From the NCBI GenBank assembly GCA_038087875.1, contig JAXLNO010000470.1, positions 1 through 64,000 of the forward strand: a DNA stretch of 64,000 nucleotides. The letters run 5' to 3'. Every line of letters starts with the position of its first letter. The first letter of the stretch is position 1. The stretch comes from Malacoraja senta. Its lineage: Eukaryota. Below the pieces are notes generated by a model. It ran no database searches. It was not told the DNA's origin and worked only from the letters and a program-made list of their open reading frames with translations. Below are positions 60,241 to 64,000 of this stretch, one piece after another. The translations under genes and the position numbers were made by a program.

Positions 60241-63200
60241 TTTTACTTCGGAGTCACGTGAGTGACTACGTGAAGAACCCGTCCAGCGCGCATGCGCGAC
60301 ATTAGCGTTCACGCAGTGCAACAGCGACGAACGGGAGTACAGGCGCTCCCGCTACAAGTTTAAAAGGCGGACCATCAGGTAAGTACATACTCTGAGGTCG
60401 TATTCAAGAAGATTTGCTCTGCTTTGTCAATTCCAGGAAGAAGCTGGAGAAAATGAGCAAAGCACGGCAAGGGAAAAAGGCCGCCCCCCGTTCGACTCCA
60501 ACAGAACGGGAGTGTCCCATCAGTGGGGGGCGAGAGGCGCCACCTGGGTCGCACATGCTGCGGCACACCCTCATTGAGACCGAGCCGAGCCCAGTACCGC
60601 TAGCGCAGCCTGACCAACAGCAGCGGGCTGGAGGTAAATCAAGACAAAAAAAACTAACCGGCCGGTTATTTCTGATTCCAATGAGGAGGACTCTCCGCCT
60701 GAGAGCGGCAGAGCTAGCCACCTGAGCCGCATGGAAAGGCTCATGGAGCAAATGCTCCAGCGAGACTTGCTTCGGGAGCTGGAGCAGTCTCGCCAAGGGA
60801 ACTCAGGCACTCCCACATCAGTGCCCTACAATGCATTGGCCATCGCTTCTCCCTCAGCCGAGGGCAGCGTTGGCGACCAGGGCTGGGCTGGTCAGGAACA
60901 GGGGTCATTGGCTGAAGATATCGGGAGTACGCTTGGGGTACAGGATCAGGAAGAGCTGCTGGGTGTGGTGAATCGCTACGTGGTTACACCACGAGCAGGG
61001 TGGCCGTTGCAGCCAAAACTGGCGGCCAGCATTAACCACCTGTCCCTCAAACCACTACAAGAACAGGTAGTCAATGAGGCACTGGAACTCTATTCGCCTC
61101 CGGAAAACTGCAGTTCCCTCAACGTGCCGGCCGTTAACAGCCAAATCTGGGGGTATGTTGGACAGAGTATCCGGAACCAGGAGCTAAAATTACAGCGTAT
61201 CCTCAAGCTCCTGACGACAGGGATAACATCCTATGCTCGTTCCGTGGATGGAGTGGATATGACCACCAACCAGCAAGACACTCTGGCTCTGCTGTGCAAC
61301 ACTCAATATGAGATCAACAACCTCCGCAAGGATATAATTAGACCTGCCCTCAATCCCAAATATGCAGGACTGTGTAAAACACCGGCCTCAGAGCCACAGA
61401 TCCTGTTATTTGGAAAGGACTTTACAAAACAAGTGAAAGACCTGGAGGAAGAGGCCAAAGCATTCGGCCTCATGAGGGCAGGCCCCGGAACGAGCAGACC
61501 CACACAACCCAGACGGCAGTACCCCACCGCGTCCACCAGTCGACGTCAAACTTATCGGACTGGTGAAAGCTCGGGGTCCGCATACCATCCCCGAAAGCCT
61601 TTTTTAGGCCAGGACCCAGAGCGGACCCCATGGAAAATGCGCCACCCCCAACACGCAGTACATTCAGTAGTACAACCACGGATGAAGAAACTGAAGAAAG
61701 GAACACTCCCATAACTATGGAGGTAGGTGGGTCTGGTTCCTACCAGCATATAAAAAGTGGGGGAACTTTACTAACAGGGGGGAGATTACACCTGTTCATT
61801 GAAGCATGGAGGTCTGTCACGAATGATAGTTATATACTTAACAGTATTTGTGGATACAAAATAGAGTTCATTCAAGCAAACATGCCACCAGTTCAGCACG
61901 TACCCCAAAGGGTCTTTACCCTCTCAGTCAAAGAGAACCAGAGGGTCAAGCAGAACTGGTGAGGTTTCTTACAAAGGTTATCATTGAGAAATCCAAACAT
62001 GAGCCATAAAATCTGGGATTTACAATTAACTCAGTCCACATGTCTGTAACGTTGCCAAAACATAAAGCAACAGAATTGTCACAGACGTGTAACAATTTAA
62101 TGGTTAGAAATCGACCAACCATTCGACAAGTGGCAAGAGTAATTGGCAAAATGGTAGCAGCATTTCCAGCTACACAATTTGGACCCCTGCACTATCAAAA
62201 CCTACAAAGGGCAAAAGTACAGGCGTTAAAACGACATGCAGGTCACTTTGACCGAACCATGAAATTACCCATTGAAGCTATATCAGAGTTACAGTGGTGG
62301 ATAGAGCACATTTGGCATAGTTCCAGCCCTATCATCGTCAAAAACCAAACATTAGCTATACAAACAGATGCCAGTGCTCAAGGCTGGGGAGCAACTAATA
62401 CCATATCCAGCACAGGTGGTAGATGGACTAACCTAGAATCATCTTTACTACAAACACTGGGCATAAATTATTTGGAAATGTTGGGTGCGTTTTATGGTTT
62501 AAAAGCATATTCCACGAATATGCACCATCTGCATGTTTGTTTACAAATTGATAATACCACGGTGGTGGCCTATATTAACCATATGGGCGGAATAAAATCG
62601 ATATCATGTGACAATTTGGTCAACCAAATCTGGCAATGGTGTGTCGAAATACATATTTGGCTATCAGCAACTTACCTACCAGGTAAGCTAAATACAGTGG
62701 CAGACACCAGGTCACGCAAATTCAATGATAACACCAAATGGATGTTAAATCCTAGAGCTTTTGCTAAAATTACAAAGCAATATGGCACACCAGATATGGA
62801 TCTCTTTGCATCCAGACTAAATCACCAGGTACCAATGTATGTCGCCTGGGAACCAGACCCTGAGGCTGCAGCGATAGATGCATTCGCGCTGAACTGGGGA
62901 AACTATTTCTTTTATGCTTTTCCCCCCTTCTGCCTCATCAGTAGGGTACTACGCAAAATACAGATGGACTCCGCTTCAGGTATTTTGATAGTACCCGACT
63001 GGCCTACACAGCCATGGTTCCCAGTGGTCCTCGACATGGTCATTGAAACTCCTATGACCTTTCCCAGTAGCCCAGACCTATTGACTCACCTGGTATCAGG
63101 CATAAGTCATCCATGCCATGACAGAATTAACCTACTGGGTTGCAGATTATGATAAGACCACTGCTGGGCCTGGGATTATCTGACAGGACCATCATCACCA

Positions 63201-64000
63201 TAATGAAGGACTAAGCTACAGCGCCATCAACACTGCCAGAAGTGCTCTGTCAGCCTACTTAAAACAAGTACCAGGACAACAGGCCATAGGGTCTCACCCG
63301 CTGGTGATCAAACTCATGAGGGGTATATTCAACTCCAACCCCCCTAGACCTAGGTACACCCAAATCTGGGATGTCAGTATGGTCCTGACATACCTAAGGG
63401 GATGGTCACCAGCCAGGTCTCTCACCCTGGAGCAGCTAACCCTGAAAACGGTCATGCTGATGGCACTAGTCTCAGCACAAAGAGTCCAGTCCCTCCACTT
63501 ACTGCGACTGGACAACATGGTTATAACACCAGACCGGGTCTCATTCACCATTCAGGAGCTGGTAAAGCAGAGCAGGCCAGGAACTTCAGGCCTAGTTATG
63601 GATTTCCGGGCATACCCACCTGACCCACGGTTGTGTGTCATGACTCACCTACTCACTTACATCAACACAACAAGAGATTCCCGAGGGAGAGAAAAAGCCT
63701 GATGGGTCAGCCACAAGAAACCTCATGGTCGGGTGTCGAGCCAAACCATCTCAAGATGGCTCAAGCAGGTACTGGGAGCTGCTGGAGTAGATACTGACGT
63801 ATATACATCTCACTCCACCAGGGCAGCATCCACATCGGCGGCTAAAAGGATGGACGTACCACTGGACCACATCCTGACTACAGCGGGGTGGTCCATGGAG
63901 AAAACGTTCCTAACGTTCTACAACAAGCCGCTAGCAGAACCTGTGTTATTTGCAGAAAGAGTTTTAGAATCTGCAAATATATAATTTAAGCCCGGGGGAG
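60241..64000 (+). mobile_element. DIRS-like retrotransposon, copy 2 (RT core deleted; runs off the window)
   Basis: Same 5' terminus as 21244; ORF1 60453-61714 (one frameshift); ORF2 from about 61717 to 63152 with RNase H (TDAS..GWG) and methylase-like domain; tyrosine recombinase to 63984. Confidence 0.93.
63203..63984 (+). pseudogene. DIRS tyrosine recombinase (N-terminal deletion, premature stop at 63700)
   Basis: YSAINTARSALS, SAQRVQSL (R), KQSRPG (K), HSTR (HxxR), GWS and FY catalytic motifs. Confidence 0.88.

Overview
Gene-free, almost entirely transposon-derived eukaryotic DNA. The repeat families (very abundant CR1-type LINE 3' ends, a V-SINE, Penelope, Rex1/Babar, L2, L1/Tx1, DIRS) suggest a cartilaginous fish such as a skate or ray; that assignment is inference. 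The centrepiece is a complete class I (gamma/epsilon-like) endogenous provirus at 26484-36880: LTR-PBS-gag-pro-pol-env-LTR with a CTAG target-site duplication. Its Pol carries an extra domain between protease and RT with two HxT motifs (2H-phosphoesterase-like), and its env ORF is intact while gag and pol are broken. The provirus sits in a CR1 LINE that appears to be a local duplicate of another CR1 plus DIRS flank. Also present are two DIRS (tyrosine-recombinase) retrotransposons, a near full-length L1 nested in another L1, Gypsy fragments, hAT- and PIF/Harbinger-like MITEs, Penelope ends with minimal hammerhead-like cores, long microsatellites and several duplicated composite blocks. No host protein-coding gene, rRNA, tRNA gene or CRISPR array was found. 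All family names come from motif recognition by eye, not database searches, and fragment boundaries are approximate unless a TSD is given.
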